In this document: positions 1-8,313 of the stretch, in pieces
Layout: every line of letters starts with the position of its first letter
Numbering within the stretch: the stretch's first letter is position 1
From: Candidatus Magasanikiibacteriota bacterium
GTDB taxonomy: Bacteria; Patescibacteriota; Patescibacteriia; Magasanikbacterales; UBA922
Assembly (NCBI GenBank): GCA_042218065.1
Contig: JBDGRL010000087.1
Coordinates: 1 to 58,489 of the forward strand
DNA: 58,489 nucleotides
Direction: 5' to 3'
Position numbers and translations under genes: made by a program
The notes under the pieces: model-generated
Told to the model about the DNA's origin: nothing
Seen by the model: the letters and a program-made list of their open reading frames with translations, nothing else
Database searches by the model: none

Positions 1-30
1 TATTCTACCCGCCTCGGGGCGGGTTGGAAT

Positions 31-78
31 AAAAATACCCCACTACGCAGAGTGCTTTGTAGTGGGGTTTTTGTTTTT
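31..78 (-). terminator. Intrinsic terminator hairpin downstream of the 528-aa secreted protein gene (could act in both directions)
   Basis: 9-bp stem CCCCACTAC (38-46) / GTAGTGGGG (59-67), with an A-run on one side and a T-run on the other. Confidence 0.6.
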
Positions 79-84
79 TGTGCT

Positions 85-1671
85 TTATTTATAAACACAA
101 CGAAATCCTAACTTTTCATCAGGAGGAGTCATAAATCTATTATTTTTTATAGTAAGAAATCTATTTCGGAATGCATTATAACTTCCACCTTTGGTGTAAA
201 TACTGTTCGGTGTTCTGTGTTTAGTAGTCATTTCTGCTGCATTACCACCCAAATCACACCCATTTTTTGGCTTATCATTAGCTCGGCTGCAAACCGGCTG
301 CAATTGGGGCGAGCCACTGCAGGCAACGTCAGCCACAAAATCCTTGCAACTCGGATTCGAGTTGCCTGCCGGCAAAGGATAGGTGGTATTTCCAGCCATT
401 GTCTCCCACTCTTTAGGAGTTGGAACCTTTCCTCCGGTTTTTTTACAATAGGTCTTAGCTGCTTTCAAAGGCAGATTCACGACAGGTTTCTTTGTCGGAT
501 TATTACAATTACAAGAGTAGGTTTTTTGAACCAATCCATTGCTTTTTGCTCTACACCATTGTTTACATGTCACTTCGGTCTTGTCGTAAGCCATTCCACC
601 TCCACGTGATGTGTAGATGGTATTTTGTTCACAGTTCTTTTTATTTTTCACATTGAATTGCTGACAAACAAGTCTTTTCTCACACCCGTCACCTTGCTGT
701 CCTTGGTTCAGATCATTGTTTGCGTCAGCCCAACCTCTAGCACAGACGTACTGACAACTGCCACCTTGACACAAGGCGCCAGAATTCTGTGGAGCCGGTA
801 CACACGAATTGCCACAGCTTCCACAGTTTTGGATAGTCGATATACTAACCTCACACCCATTTGAGTTCTTGTTATCGCAATTTCTGAATCCAGACTTGCA
901 CTTGGAAACAGTGCAAGTACCCTGGAAACAGGATTGCTTCTTTACATTCGCCAGCTGGCATTTGTTTCCACAGCTGCCACAGTTGCCCAAATCGTCCTTT
1001 GTTTTTACTTCACAGCCGTCATTTCTCTTGTCATTGTTGCAGTCGGCAAAGCCGGATTTGCAAGTGAACTGACAGTTTCCACTTTTACAACTCGTATTGG
1101 TATTTGCTGGATTCGGACACGGGTTGCCGCATCCACCGCAGTGATTTGCATTCGTATCTGTGTTCACACATTTGTTGCCGCAAGCCTTTTTGGCGGGGCT
1201 TGGGCAGGGGTCAGTATCGAATGCATCCATCGTATCGGTAGCGTCACTGCTGTCAGTGTAGAATGTGTCTTTTGTATCTTTAGTATCTCTTGCATCTTTG
1301 TTTTTGTAGGCATCCACCACATCTGTCGAATCAGCGAGAATATCACGGATGACATCTCGAGTGTCACGGATATCCATCCCGATATCTTTTTCACTAGAGT
1401 CCATTGCATCCCGGACATCCATTTCGGTATCCATGGCGTCACGGGCATCAATGTCTCGAGTGTCAACCAAAACATCTTTTTTCGTACTCGAATCAGAGCT
1501 TGTATCCGAAGTCGAGTCTCGCTTCTCTATATCACGCTTCGTATCACTAGAATCCAGGACAGCTGTACCACTATCCTTGGTTTTGAGTTTGTAATTCTGA
1601 AAAACGTTGTCACAGCCATAAAAGTTTTGAACCAAAATCGCAACTAGAACTAGAACGAGTTTTCGCTGCAT
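85..1671 (-). CDS. Secreted Cys-rich repeat protein with C-terminal FGE-sulfatase/C-type-lectin-like domain
   Basis: N-terminal signal-like segment MQRKLVLVLVAILV, then a D/T/S-rich low-complexity region. Repeated NCGxCGNxC ... CxxGxC ... CKSGFxxCNNxxxNGCE modules follow. C-terminus has LPTxxEWE, GGNAAEM, GGSY and LGFRCV motifs typical of FGE-sulfatase folds. AGGAGG sits upstream of the ATG. Confidence 0.6.
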   Translation of the reverse strand: MQRKLVLVLVAILVQNFYGCDNVFQNYKLKTKDSGTAVLDSSDTKRDIEKRDSTSDTSSDSSTKKDVLVDTRDIDARDAMDTEMDVRDAMDSSEKDIGMDIRDTRDVIRDILADSTDVVDAYKNKDARDTKDTKDTFYTDSSDATDTMDAFDTDPCPSPAKKACGNKCVNTDTNANHCGGCGNPCPNPANTNTSCKSGNCQFTCKSGFADCNNDKRNDGCEVKTKDDLGNCGSCGNKCQLANVKKQSCFQGTCTVSKCKSGFRNCDNKNSNGCEVSISTIQNCGSCGNSCVPAPQNSGALCQGGSCQYVCARGWADANNDLNQGQQGDGCEKRLVCQQFNVKNKKNCEQNTIYTSRGGGMAYDKTEVTCKQWCRAKSNGLVQKTYSCNCNNPTKKPVVNLPLKAAKTYCKKTGGKVPTPKEWETMAGNTTYPLPAGNSNPSCKDFVADVACSGSPQLQPVCSRANDKPKNGCDLGGNAAEMTTKHRTPNSIYTKGGSYNAFRNRFLTIKNNRFMTPPDEKLGFRCVYK

Positions 1672-1745
1672 TTTCTCCTCCTTGTCGTCGCTTGTAGAGA
1701 ACGGAACGAACTACCTTTATTTAAGCAAAAAAAGCAAAAAAAATC

Positions 1746-1783
1746 AAGACAAAAAGAAAAAGGCGGTGACCGAAGTCACCGCC
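1746..1783 (-). terminator. Intrinsic terminator after the Ser/Thr kinase gene
   Basis: Stem GGCGGTGAC (1762-1770) / GTCACCGCC (1775-1783), loop CGAA, followed on the minus strand by a U-run. Confidence 0.7.
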
Positions 1784-1800
1784 TGATGTGCATAAAACTA

Positions 1801-3306
1801 TCACTCAAGTCCGATCGGCTCAAATGAGGAGCTCGACCCAGCCTCCGTCGAGTCCGACCGATTCTTTTGGTTCTCGCCTCTCTGTTTTTTTATCTTTTCT
1901 GCTTTCTTGTCCGCTTTTTTCTTAGCATCCGTTTGTGCAAGCTCCAGACTCTTTCGTGCCGAAGCCACTGCTTGATTTCTACGCCTATCTATCTCTTTTC
2001 TCATTTGCTCTTGGGAACTCACCCAAGCCATGTCAGTACTCCTTTTAGCTACGGCTATATTTTTTTGATACTTTGCTTCGACAGCATCTTTCTTCTTAGA
2101 TCCATTGGCTGTATTTTCAAACCAAAACAAGAATCCAGTCGCTGTAACTGCAGTGGTCATTAATACAATTACTGCAGCGGATAGGCCCGGGTGCTCTTGG
2201 ATTGTTTGGGTTATGTGAGTAGAAACAGCTGTTTCAGTAGATTGTACTGATTCTTTGTCCTCGCCATTTCCATCTTGAGCTTCAGAGGTATCCTCTGTTT
2301 CAATCTGTGCTGAGTTTGTTTCTAGACCTTGGATCGTATTGGCAAACCCCATCTCCTGCGTATCTTCCAGGCTTGTGCTGATGAAGTTCACCAGCGACCT
2401 CTTGAAGGATTCCGCATCAGAAAACCTATCTTCTGGGTTGTAAGACAAAGCTTTCTCAATCATATCAATTATATTTCTAAAATCAGTCCTTGTAACACCA
2501 GAAGCATCAGGTGATGGCTTTATTTCTTCCGAAATCATTCCTTCTTCATGCAAACTAGTAAACTCAACATCTTCACTTGCATGTTTCATCACAATCTCCA
2601 TTGGATCTTTTTCTTCGACATCATAAGGGAGACTACCAGAAAACATCCAGTAAAACAAGACTCCAAGCGAGTAAATGTCGGTGTTTTTTCCGATATCAAA
2701 ACTTTCTACAGCCTGTTCAGGAGGCAAGTAATGTGGAGTTCCATAGAAACCTTGTTTAGTTAAGGCTCCATCTTCCTGAGTCAACTTCTTTACCAAGCCG
2801 AAATCTATTATTTTAACCTTCACCTCATCTTCTTTAGTATCTTCTATCAAAATGTTTTCAGGTTTTAGATCTCTATGCACCATATCCTCCCCATGCACAG
2901 CTGCTACACCTTCCAGTATTTTTTTCATTGCTTCAATCAGCAGTTCCAATTTGGCTTCTCCAGAGCTGATTTTTGCTTTGGTTCTGGAGACCCACTTGCG
3001 TAAACTGTAACCATCAACGAACTCTTGAGCTATGAAAGGGGGTTTACCCTCTAGATCTGATTCTTTGCAGTCATAGATATCAACGATTGACGGATGATCA
3101 ATCTGTGCAATTGCTGTTGCTTCATCTATAAATCTTTCAACTCTATCAATATCAGAATCTACTCCCACATCCATCCTCAAAAACTTCAAAACCCGCTTTT
3201 GATCTAGCACAGTATGTCTTGCAAGAAAAACAATTCCGCCTCCACCTTGTCCTATTTCTCTTATGATCTCGTAATTATCTACCTTATCACCACTTGATAG
3301 TTCCAT
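1801..3306 (-). CDS. Hanks-type Ser/Thr protein kinase with one transmembrane helix and a Lys-rich C-terminal tail
   Basis: GQGGGGIVFLARH P-loop, VLKFL Lys, HRDLKPENILI catalytic loop, DFGL, GTPHYLPPE. A TM segment AAVIVLMTTAVTATGFLFWF follows. Confidence 0.9.
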   Translation of the reverse strand: MELSSGDKVDNYEIIREIGQGGGGIVFLARHTVLDQKRVLKFLRMDVGVDSDIDRVERFIDEATAIAQIDHPSIVDIYDCKESDLEGKPPFIAQEFVDGYSLRKWVSRTKAKISSGEAKLELLIEAMKKILEGVAAVHGEDMVHRDLKPENILIEDTKEDEVKVKIIDFGLVKKLTQEDGALTKQGFYGTPHYLPPEQAVESFDIGKNTDIYSLGVLFYWMFSGSLPYDVEEKDPMEIVMKHASEDVEFTSLHEEGMISEEIKPSPDASGVTRTDFRNIIDMIEKALSYNPEDRFSDAESFKRSLVNFISTSLEDTQEMGFANTIQGLETNSAQIETEDTSEAQDGNGEDKESVQSTETAVSTHITQTIQEHPGLSAAVIVLMTTAVTATGFLFWFENTANGSKKKDAVEAKYQKNIAVAKRSTDMAWVSSQEQMRKEIDRRRNQAVASARKSLELAQTDAKKKADKKAEKIKKQRGENQKNRSDSTEAGSSSSFEPIGLE

Positions 3307-3444
3307 GCTATCCTCCTTTTCTATTGTAGAATGAGCTGAATGACCGCTACTTGGATATTACCATTTTTTGCTAAATTGTCAAGTATTTTTGATCAAATGA
3401 GAGAGTTAAGTGCTTAAAGAGATTACTTTATTTAATTTTATGAC

Positions 3445-3480
3445 ACCAAATGAAAAGGTCCGCAACCAGAAGCTGCGGAC
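3445..3480 (-). terminator. Intrinsic terminator
   Basis: Stem GGTCCGCA (3456-3463) / TGCGGACC (3473-3480) with a U-rich tail on the minus strand. Confidence 0.6.
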
Positions 3481-3504
3481 CGTACCCCCAAATTAATTGA
3501 AAAG

Positions 3505-4317
3505 TCAAAACGTAACTTTTAAACCCAACCCTAAGGAATTCATTCCTACTTTCACTTGCTCAGAATCTGTTTTTGGCCAAAACTTGATCGCTAACCCTGT
3601 ACCAACTAACGCAATACCCGTAGTGAAAGTCACTACAGACACGGTTCTAGCTTTTTTTATCTTATTCAGTCTACTTCTCGACACCCTTTTATCTTTAGGG
3701 GGAGAAAAACCCCAAACAGGGATTCCTGAAAAATAAACTGCAGAGGTCAGCAGAGAAGCACCGCCTGCTCCAATTGTAGACCAGCTGATAGCATTGCGAG
3801 TATTTGCCTTACTCACTTTTTTATTTTCAGTTTTAACTTCAGCAAACTCTCTCCGTCTCCATTGCTCCTTTAACTGTTCATATGCCTGATCAAAAGCCGA
3901 GACCCCAGCAACAACTGTCTCGTATTCCTTACGTGCCTCATTGGCTGTCACAAAAGCATTTTTCACAGATTCCGACGCCGATTTCTTACTATTTTGAACT
4001 TTAATGCAATGTTTTAGCTTAGATTCCAATTTTTTCAGATAGTCCTCCTGATTCATTTGTTGTAACAACCCCTGATACTGACGATATTCTTTATTTGCAA
4101 CCCTGCAATTCCTTGCATTCTGCTGAGCTGCAATTTGGCTAAGTTTGAATACAGCCTTTCCACTCCTTTGGAAAGCGCGCCGAAAATGCTCAGCAGCTTC
4201 TTCGTATTCCTTCTCATTAGATGCTTTTTTGCCCTTTTCATATAGTTCCTGGATAGATTCAGCGTAAGTAGTCGCTGGAAAAACAAAGATAACCACAAAA
4301 ACTAAGAGCTTTCTCAT
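3505..4317 (-). CDS. Secreted/membrane hypothetical protein (coiled-coil N-half, Gly-rich hydrophobic C-half ending in Phe)
   Basis: Signal peptide MRKLLVFVVIFVFPATTYA and GGAGGAG SD. The C-terminus LGLGLKVTF resembles an outer-membrane beta-signal. Confidence 0.5.
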   Translation of the reverse strand: MRKLLVFVVIFVFPATTYAESIQELYEKGKKASNEKEYEEAAEHFRRAFQRSGKAVFKLSQIAAQQNARNCRVANKEYRQYQGLLQQMNQEDYLKKLESKLKHCIKVQNSKKSASESVKNAFVTANEARKEYETVVAGVSAFDQAYEQLKEQWRRREFAEVKTENKKVSKANTRNAISWSTIGAGGASLLTSAVYFSGIPVWGFSPPKDKRVSRSRLNKIKKARTVSVVTFTTGIALVGTGLAIKFWPKTDSEQVKVGMNSLGLGLKVTF

Positions 4318-4417
4318 TTTCTCCTCCCGAGAGTTGAGTTTGAACGAACAGCGAGAACTACTCTAATTTAAGCAAAATAATTATAAAAAATCAAGTGTTT
4401 TTAATTTCTATTTGGGC

Positions 4418-5224
4418 TTATTCCATTTCTTCTTGAAGAGTATCTAAAATTTCTGAATGAATTTCTCCGTTAGAAGCTAAATAACCATTTTTATTTTTCG
4501 TATCCTCTTTATTATATACAAAATCTTCTCCTTGAGTGTCAGTCAAATCACCACCCGCCTCCGAAAGGATTATATCTCCCGCGGCAATATCCCACTCATC
4601 AGTCTTATCAGAGCTGTTTATATACATATGAGCCTGTCCTTCCGCGATCTTGGATATTTTCAAGCCAGCACTACCGCAAGGCACCATCTCACCTATACCC
4701 AATTTTTCGGCAGTCCTTTGTTCTGGTTCCATTAAGTGGTTGCGGCTTACCAGCATTTTCATATTTTGAGCCTCATTTTCTACAGATACATTTATGTGGG
4801 TAGGATCTTGGTCAGACTTTTGTAGATACGCACCCTCATCTTTTTGAGCAAAATATAGCTTATCTTCAGCAGGAGCATATACAGCTCCCAACTTCACCTC
4901 TCCTTCAACTGATAAGGCTACCATGATCGTAAAATCACCCGTTTGTTGTAAGAAGTCCTTAGTACCATCAAGCGGATCTATGATCCAAACTTTTCCTTTC
5001 TCCAATCTTGACCTGTCGTCTACTCTCTCTTCGGAAAGCATTCCGTACCCGAATTCATCCAACTCATCTTCCAATGCCTTCTGTGCTGCAATATCTGCTT
5101 TGGTTACAGGGCTGTCATCGGCTTTATAGTGAGTGTCCGGATCCAGATCTTCTCCGTAATACTCCATAGCTGCTTCACCTGCTTGTTTGATCGCTGATTT
5201 TACTGCTTGTAACTCTTTTTTCAT
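4418..5224 (-). CDS. cysQ: Inositol-monophosphatase-family phosphatase, probably 3-prime(2-prime),5-prime-bisphosphate nucleotidase (CysQ-like)
   Basis: SEE ... WIIDPLDGTKDF metal-binding motifs of the IMPase/CysQ family. It lies immediately downstream of cysNC. Confidence 0.6.
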   Translation of the reverse strand: MKKELQAVKSAIKQAGEAAMEYYGEDLDPDTHYKADDSPVTKADIAAQKALEDELDEFGYGMLSEERVDDRSRLEKGKVWIIDPLDGTKDFLQQTGDFTIMVALSVEGEVKLGAVYAPAEDKLYFAQKDEGAYLQKSDQDPTHINVSVENEAQNMKMLVSRNHLMEPEQRTAEKLGIGEMVPCGSAGLKISKIAEGQAHMYINSSDKTDEWDIAAGDIILSEAGGDLTDTQGEDFVYNKEDTKNKNGYLASNGEIHSEILDTLQEEME

Positions 5225-5257
5225 AAAATGATTTTGTCTAAGATAATTGATAGAATG

Positions 5258-7060
5258 TCAAGTCAAGAAACCTTCCTCCTTCAAAAAAGTCAATATTTTA
5301 TCTACCGCCTCATCTTCTGAAATCTGGTCCGATCGAATATGAATATCCGGATTATCCGGCTTTTCATACGGATGTGATATCCCGGTAAAATTATCTATCT
5401 CACCGTCTCGTGCTTGTTGATACAAGCCTTTTACATCCCGTTCTTCGCATACTTCCAGCGGTGCATCCACAAATACTTCGATAAATTTATCTCCTATTTT
5501 TTCCTTAAGCTCTTTTCTTTGGTCTTTATAAGGGGTAATAAAACTTGCTAAAGTCAGCACCCCATTTTGACTTAACAGCTTAGCTACAAAACCGGCTCTT
5601 TTTATATTTTCTCTACGATCTTCTTCACTAAAACCTAAATCACTACAGATAGAATCTCTAAGTATATCTCCATCTAATCTTTGGGAGTTCACTTCTCTAT
5701 CTTCCAGCTCCTCTTTCAACTTATCTGCAATAGTGCTCTTTCCAGCACCGGAAAGCCCTGTAAACCATAAAGTAGCAGAATCTTTCAGGCTTAGTTTTTC
5801 TTTAGCTTCTTCTTCAATAGGTTGAATTATCATTCCTCCTCCTACTGTATTCTTAGTCTGATCATCTATTAAGATAAAATTACCAGTATTCCTGTTTTTT
5901 TCGTATGGATCCATCATGATAGTCTGATGTGTAGTCACCGACACCTTGCCTATTTCATTCAATTTTAAACTCTCTGCTTCTTCTCTATGTAAGGAATCAA
6001 TATTGAGCTTATACTGTAAATCAATATCACAGCGAGTAGTTTTGCCGGTATGCTTGAGTAAATATGTTTGTTCTGTATCCAAGTTCTCTTCGTTCATCCA
6101 ACACAACTGAGCTTGAAATTTTTGTGTTTCAATAGGCTGATTTCCAACTCGAGAAATCATATCACCTCTTGAAATATCCAGCTCATCTTCTAGATAAATC
6201 GATGCTGATTCTGATGTTTGCGCTTTCTCTTTTTCTTCTCCGGCTACTGTAATTTCCTCAACCTTGCTTTTTTTATTGGATGGTAGGACTATAATTTCCT
6301 CTCCTTGTTTGATGCTACCACTGGCTATACGACCTGAATATCCTCTACCCTTTTCATTATTTAACACATATTGCACCGGAAGCCTAAAGTCAACCAGATT
6401 TCGATCAGGTGTAACAGCAATATTTTCTAAATAACTCAATACTGTAGGTCCATTGTACCAGTTCATCTGATCCCCACGCTCTACTACCATATCACCTTCT
6501 AATGCAGAAACTGGAATGTACTGCAAGTCTTGTATATTCAATTTCGCAGCAAAATTTGTAATCTCTTCTTTAATTTGTTCAAACTCAGACTCACTATAAT
6601 CTACAAGGTCCATCTTATTTATGATCATAACAATATGAGGAATACCCAGTAGAGAAGCTATCGAAAGATGTCTTTTTGATTGTTCAGTCAAACCTTGGCT
6701 AGCATCTACAAGTAATATTCCAATATCAGCAGTAGAAGCCCCGGTCACCATATTTCGAGTATACTGTTCGTGACCAGGTACATCGGCAATAATAAATCTA
6801 CGTTCAGGTAAAGAAAAATAACGATAAGCAACATCTATAGTAATGCCCTGTTCCCGCTCTGCGGCTAACCCATCTGTAAGCAAAGACAGATCAATCTCAT
6901 CATGTCCGCGACGGTCACTAGCCGCCCTAGCTGCTTCCAATTGATCCTCAGAAACAGAATCAGTATCATAAAGCAACCGCCCAATAAGAGTAGACTTTCC
7001 ATCATCTACACTACCTGCAGCTACTAATCTTATAAGTTGTGTTTTGTTATCTTTTTCCAT
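5258..7060 (-). CDS. cysNC: Bifunctional sulfate adenylyltransferase subunit 1 / adenylylsulfate kinase (CysN-CysC fusion)
   Basis: GTPase motifs GSVDDGKST, DVPGHEQY, NKMD. The C-terminal APS-kinase P-loop is FTGLSGAGKSTIA. Confidence 0.92.
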   Translation of the reverse strand: MEKDNKTQLIRLVAAGSVDDGKSTLIGRLLYDTDSVSEDQLEAARAASDRRGHDEIDLSLLTDGLAAEREQGITIDVAYRYFSLPERRFIIADVPGHEQYTRNMVTGASTADIGILLVDASQGLTEQSKRHLSIASLLGIPHIVMIINKMDLVDYSESEFEQIKEEITNFAAKLNIQDLQYIPVSALEGDMVVERGDQMNWYNGPTVLSYLENIAVTPDRNLVDFRLPVQYVLNNEKGRGYSGRIASGSIKQGEEIIVLPSNKKSKVEEITVAGEEKEKAQTSESASIYLEDELDISRGDMISRVGNQPIETQKFQAQLCWMNEENLDTEQTYLLKHTGKTTRCDIDLQYKLNIDSLHREEAESLKLNEIGKVSVTTHQTIMMDPYEKNRNTGNFILIDDQTKNTVGGGMIIQPIEEEAKEKLSLKDSATLWFTGLSGAGKSTIADKLKEELEDREVNSQRLDGDILRDSICSDLGFSEEDRRENIKRAGFVAKLLSQNGVLTLASFITPYKDQRKELKEKIGDKFIEVFVDAPLEVCEERDVKGLYQQARDGEIDNFTGISHPYEKPDNPDIHIRSDQISEDEAVDKILTFLKEEGFLT

Positions 7061-7171
7061 AGTTTTTATCAGCTGAGATTATTTTTGTATTCTTTCTTGA
7101 ACTGAAATTTATATCTATAATTGAAAAAATTTTAATCTCTAGTTTATACGTTGTTTTACTATATTGAATAT

Positions 7172-7287
7172 TTGAGTGTGAGGGTTAGAAAATTTAATCA
7201 TGAGGAGTGATTTATTTGTTTCAATGTTTGAGCAAAGCGAGTTTTGAAACAAAAATGACGAATGATTAAATTTTACCGAACACTCAA
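7172..7287. repeat. Long imperfect inverted repeat (~116 nt hairpin) in the cysD-cysNC spacer
   Basis: Three paired segments. TTGAGTGT/ACACTCAA is the outer one. AAAATTTAATCAT/ATGATTAAATTTT is a perfect 13 bp. TTTGTTTCAA/TTGAAACAAA is the inner one. Confidence 0.75.
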
Positions 7288-7317
7288 TCAAAAAAATATA
7301 TTAAAGCAACGCATAAA

Positions 7318-8223
7318 CTAGAAATAACCTTCCTTTTTCTTATCCTCCATAGCAGACTCAGAATTATCATCTATAGCTCTATTTGAACGTTCTGATTTAT
7401 TCGATTCTTTCAGTTCTTGAATGATCTCTTCGACAGTTTCAGCATCCGAGTAAACAGCGCCAGTAGAAGGAGAACAGCCCAAAGTCCTGTATCTTACCAT
7501 CTCTTCTTTTACTTCTTCCTCTTCTTTTGGTTGTACAAACTCATCTACACTTAAAATCATACCATTTCTCTCTACTACTTCTCTTTGTTGGGCATAATAC
7601 AGTGATACCACTTCTAGTTCTTCTCTTTTTATGTATTGCCACACATCCAGCTCGGTCCAGTTTGATAGAGGAAAAACTCGCATATTTTGCTGATCTGCAA
7701 GTTTAGCATTGTACAGATGCCACAGCTCTGGTCTTTGGTCTTTCGGATCCCAAACTCCATGCTCTGAACGAATCGAAAAAATTCTTTCTTTCGCTCGTGA
7801 TTTTTCTTCATCTCTACGAGCTCCGCCAAAAGCACAATCAAATTCATGTTTTTTAAGTGCATTCAAAAGTGGTTTCGTTTTTTTGAGATATATATATTCC
7901 TCACTGTGAGCATCCTCAGCTTCCAGTTCTTGTGCTCTTTCCTCCTTATTTTTTTGCACCAAAACATTTACCCCATACTCTTCTTCAATGTAATCTCTAA
8001 ATTCAATCATTTCCTTAAATAGAAAACCGGTATCAACATGTAACAAAGGAAAAGGGATATCCCCTGGTGCAAATGCTTTACTCGCTAAATGAAGCAATAC
8101 AGAAGAATCTTTCCCTAAAGAGGAAAGTAGAACGGGGTTTTCTGATTCTGCTACAGCTTCACGAATTATATGAATACTCTCAGCCTCCAGTTCATCTAAT
8201 TGTGATAGTTTATAGTCCGACAT
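7318..8223 (-). CDS. cysD: Sulfate adenylyltransferase subunit 2
   Basis: PAPS-reductase-like fold with the SLGKDSSVLLHL (SxGKDS) PP-loop. The C-terminal CysD-type sequence is RTLGCSPSTGAV. Confidence 0.92.
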   Translation of the reverse strand: MSDYKLSQLDELEAESIHIIREAVAESENPVLLSSLGKDSSVLLHLASKAFAPGDIPFPLLHVDTGFLFKEMIEFRDYIEEEYGVNVLVQKNKEERAQELEAEDAHSEEYIYLKKTKPLLNALKKHEFDCAFGGARRDEEKSRAKERIFSIRSEHGVWDPKDQRPELWHLYNAKLADQQNMRVFPLSNWTELDVWQYIKREELEVVSLYYAQQREVVERNGMILSVDEFVQPKEEEEVKEEMVRYRTLGCSPSTGAVYSDAETVEEIIQELKESNKSERSNRAIDDNSESAMEDKKKEGYF

Positions 8224-8313
8224 ATTTATCGACAGTATATATTAAAAGAATACCAAAAATAAATAAACCCCACCATGTGGCGGGGCTTTTATTTTATATT
8301 ATCTCAAATTTTT

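Noticed and set aside
217-1647. Several plus-strand ORFs (217-609, 625-864, 809-1072, 934-1647, 1349-1594) and a minus-strand alternate-frame ORF (1164-1475) inside the 528-aa gene. Similar overlapping ORFs occur inside fusA, cysNC, the kinase, the helicases and the Q-rich gene (55509-55768)
   Set aside because: All lie within, antisense to or out of frame with, long ORFs that carry clear protein motifs. Their low-complexity translations mirror the sense-strand repeats.
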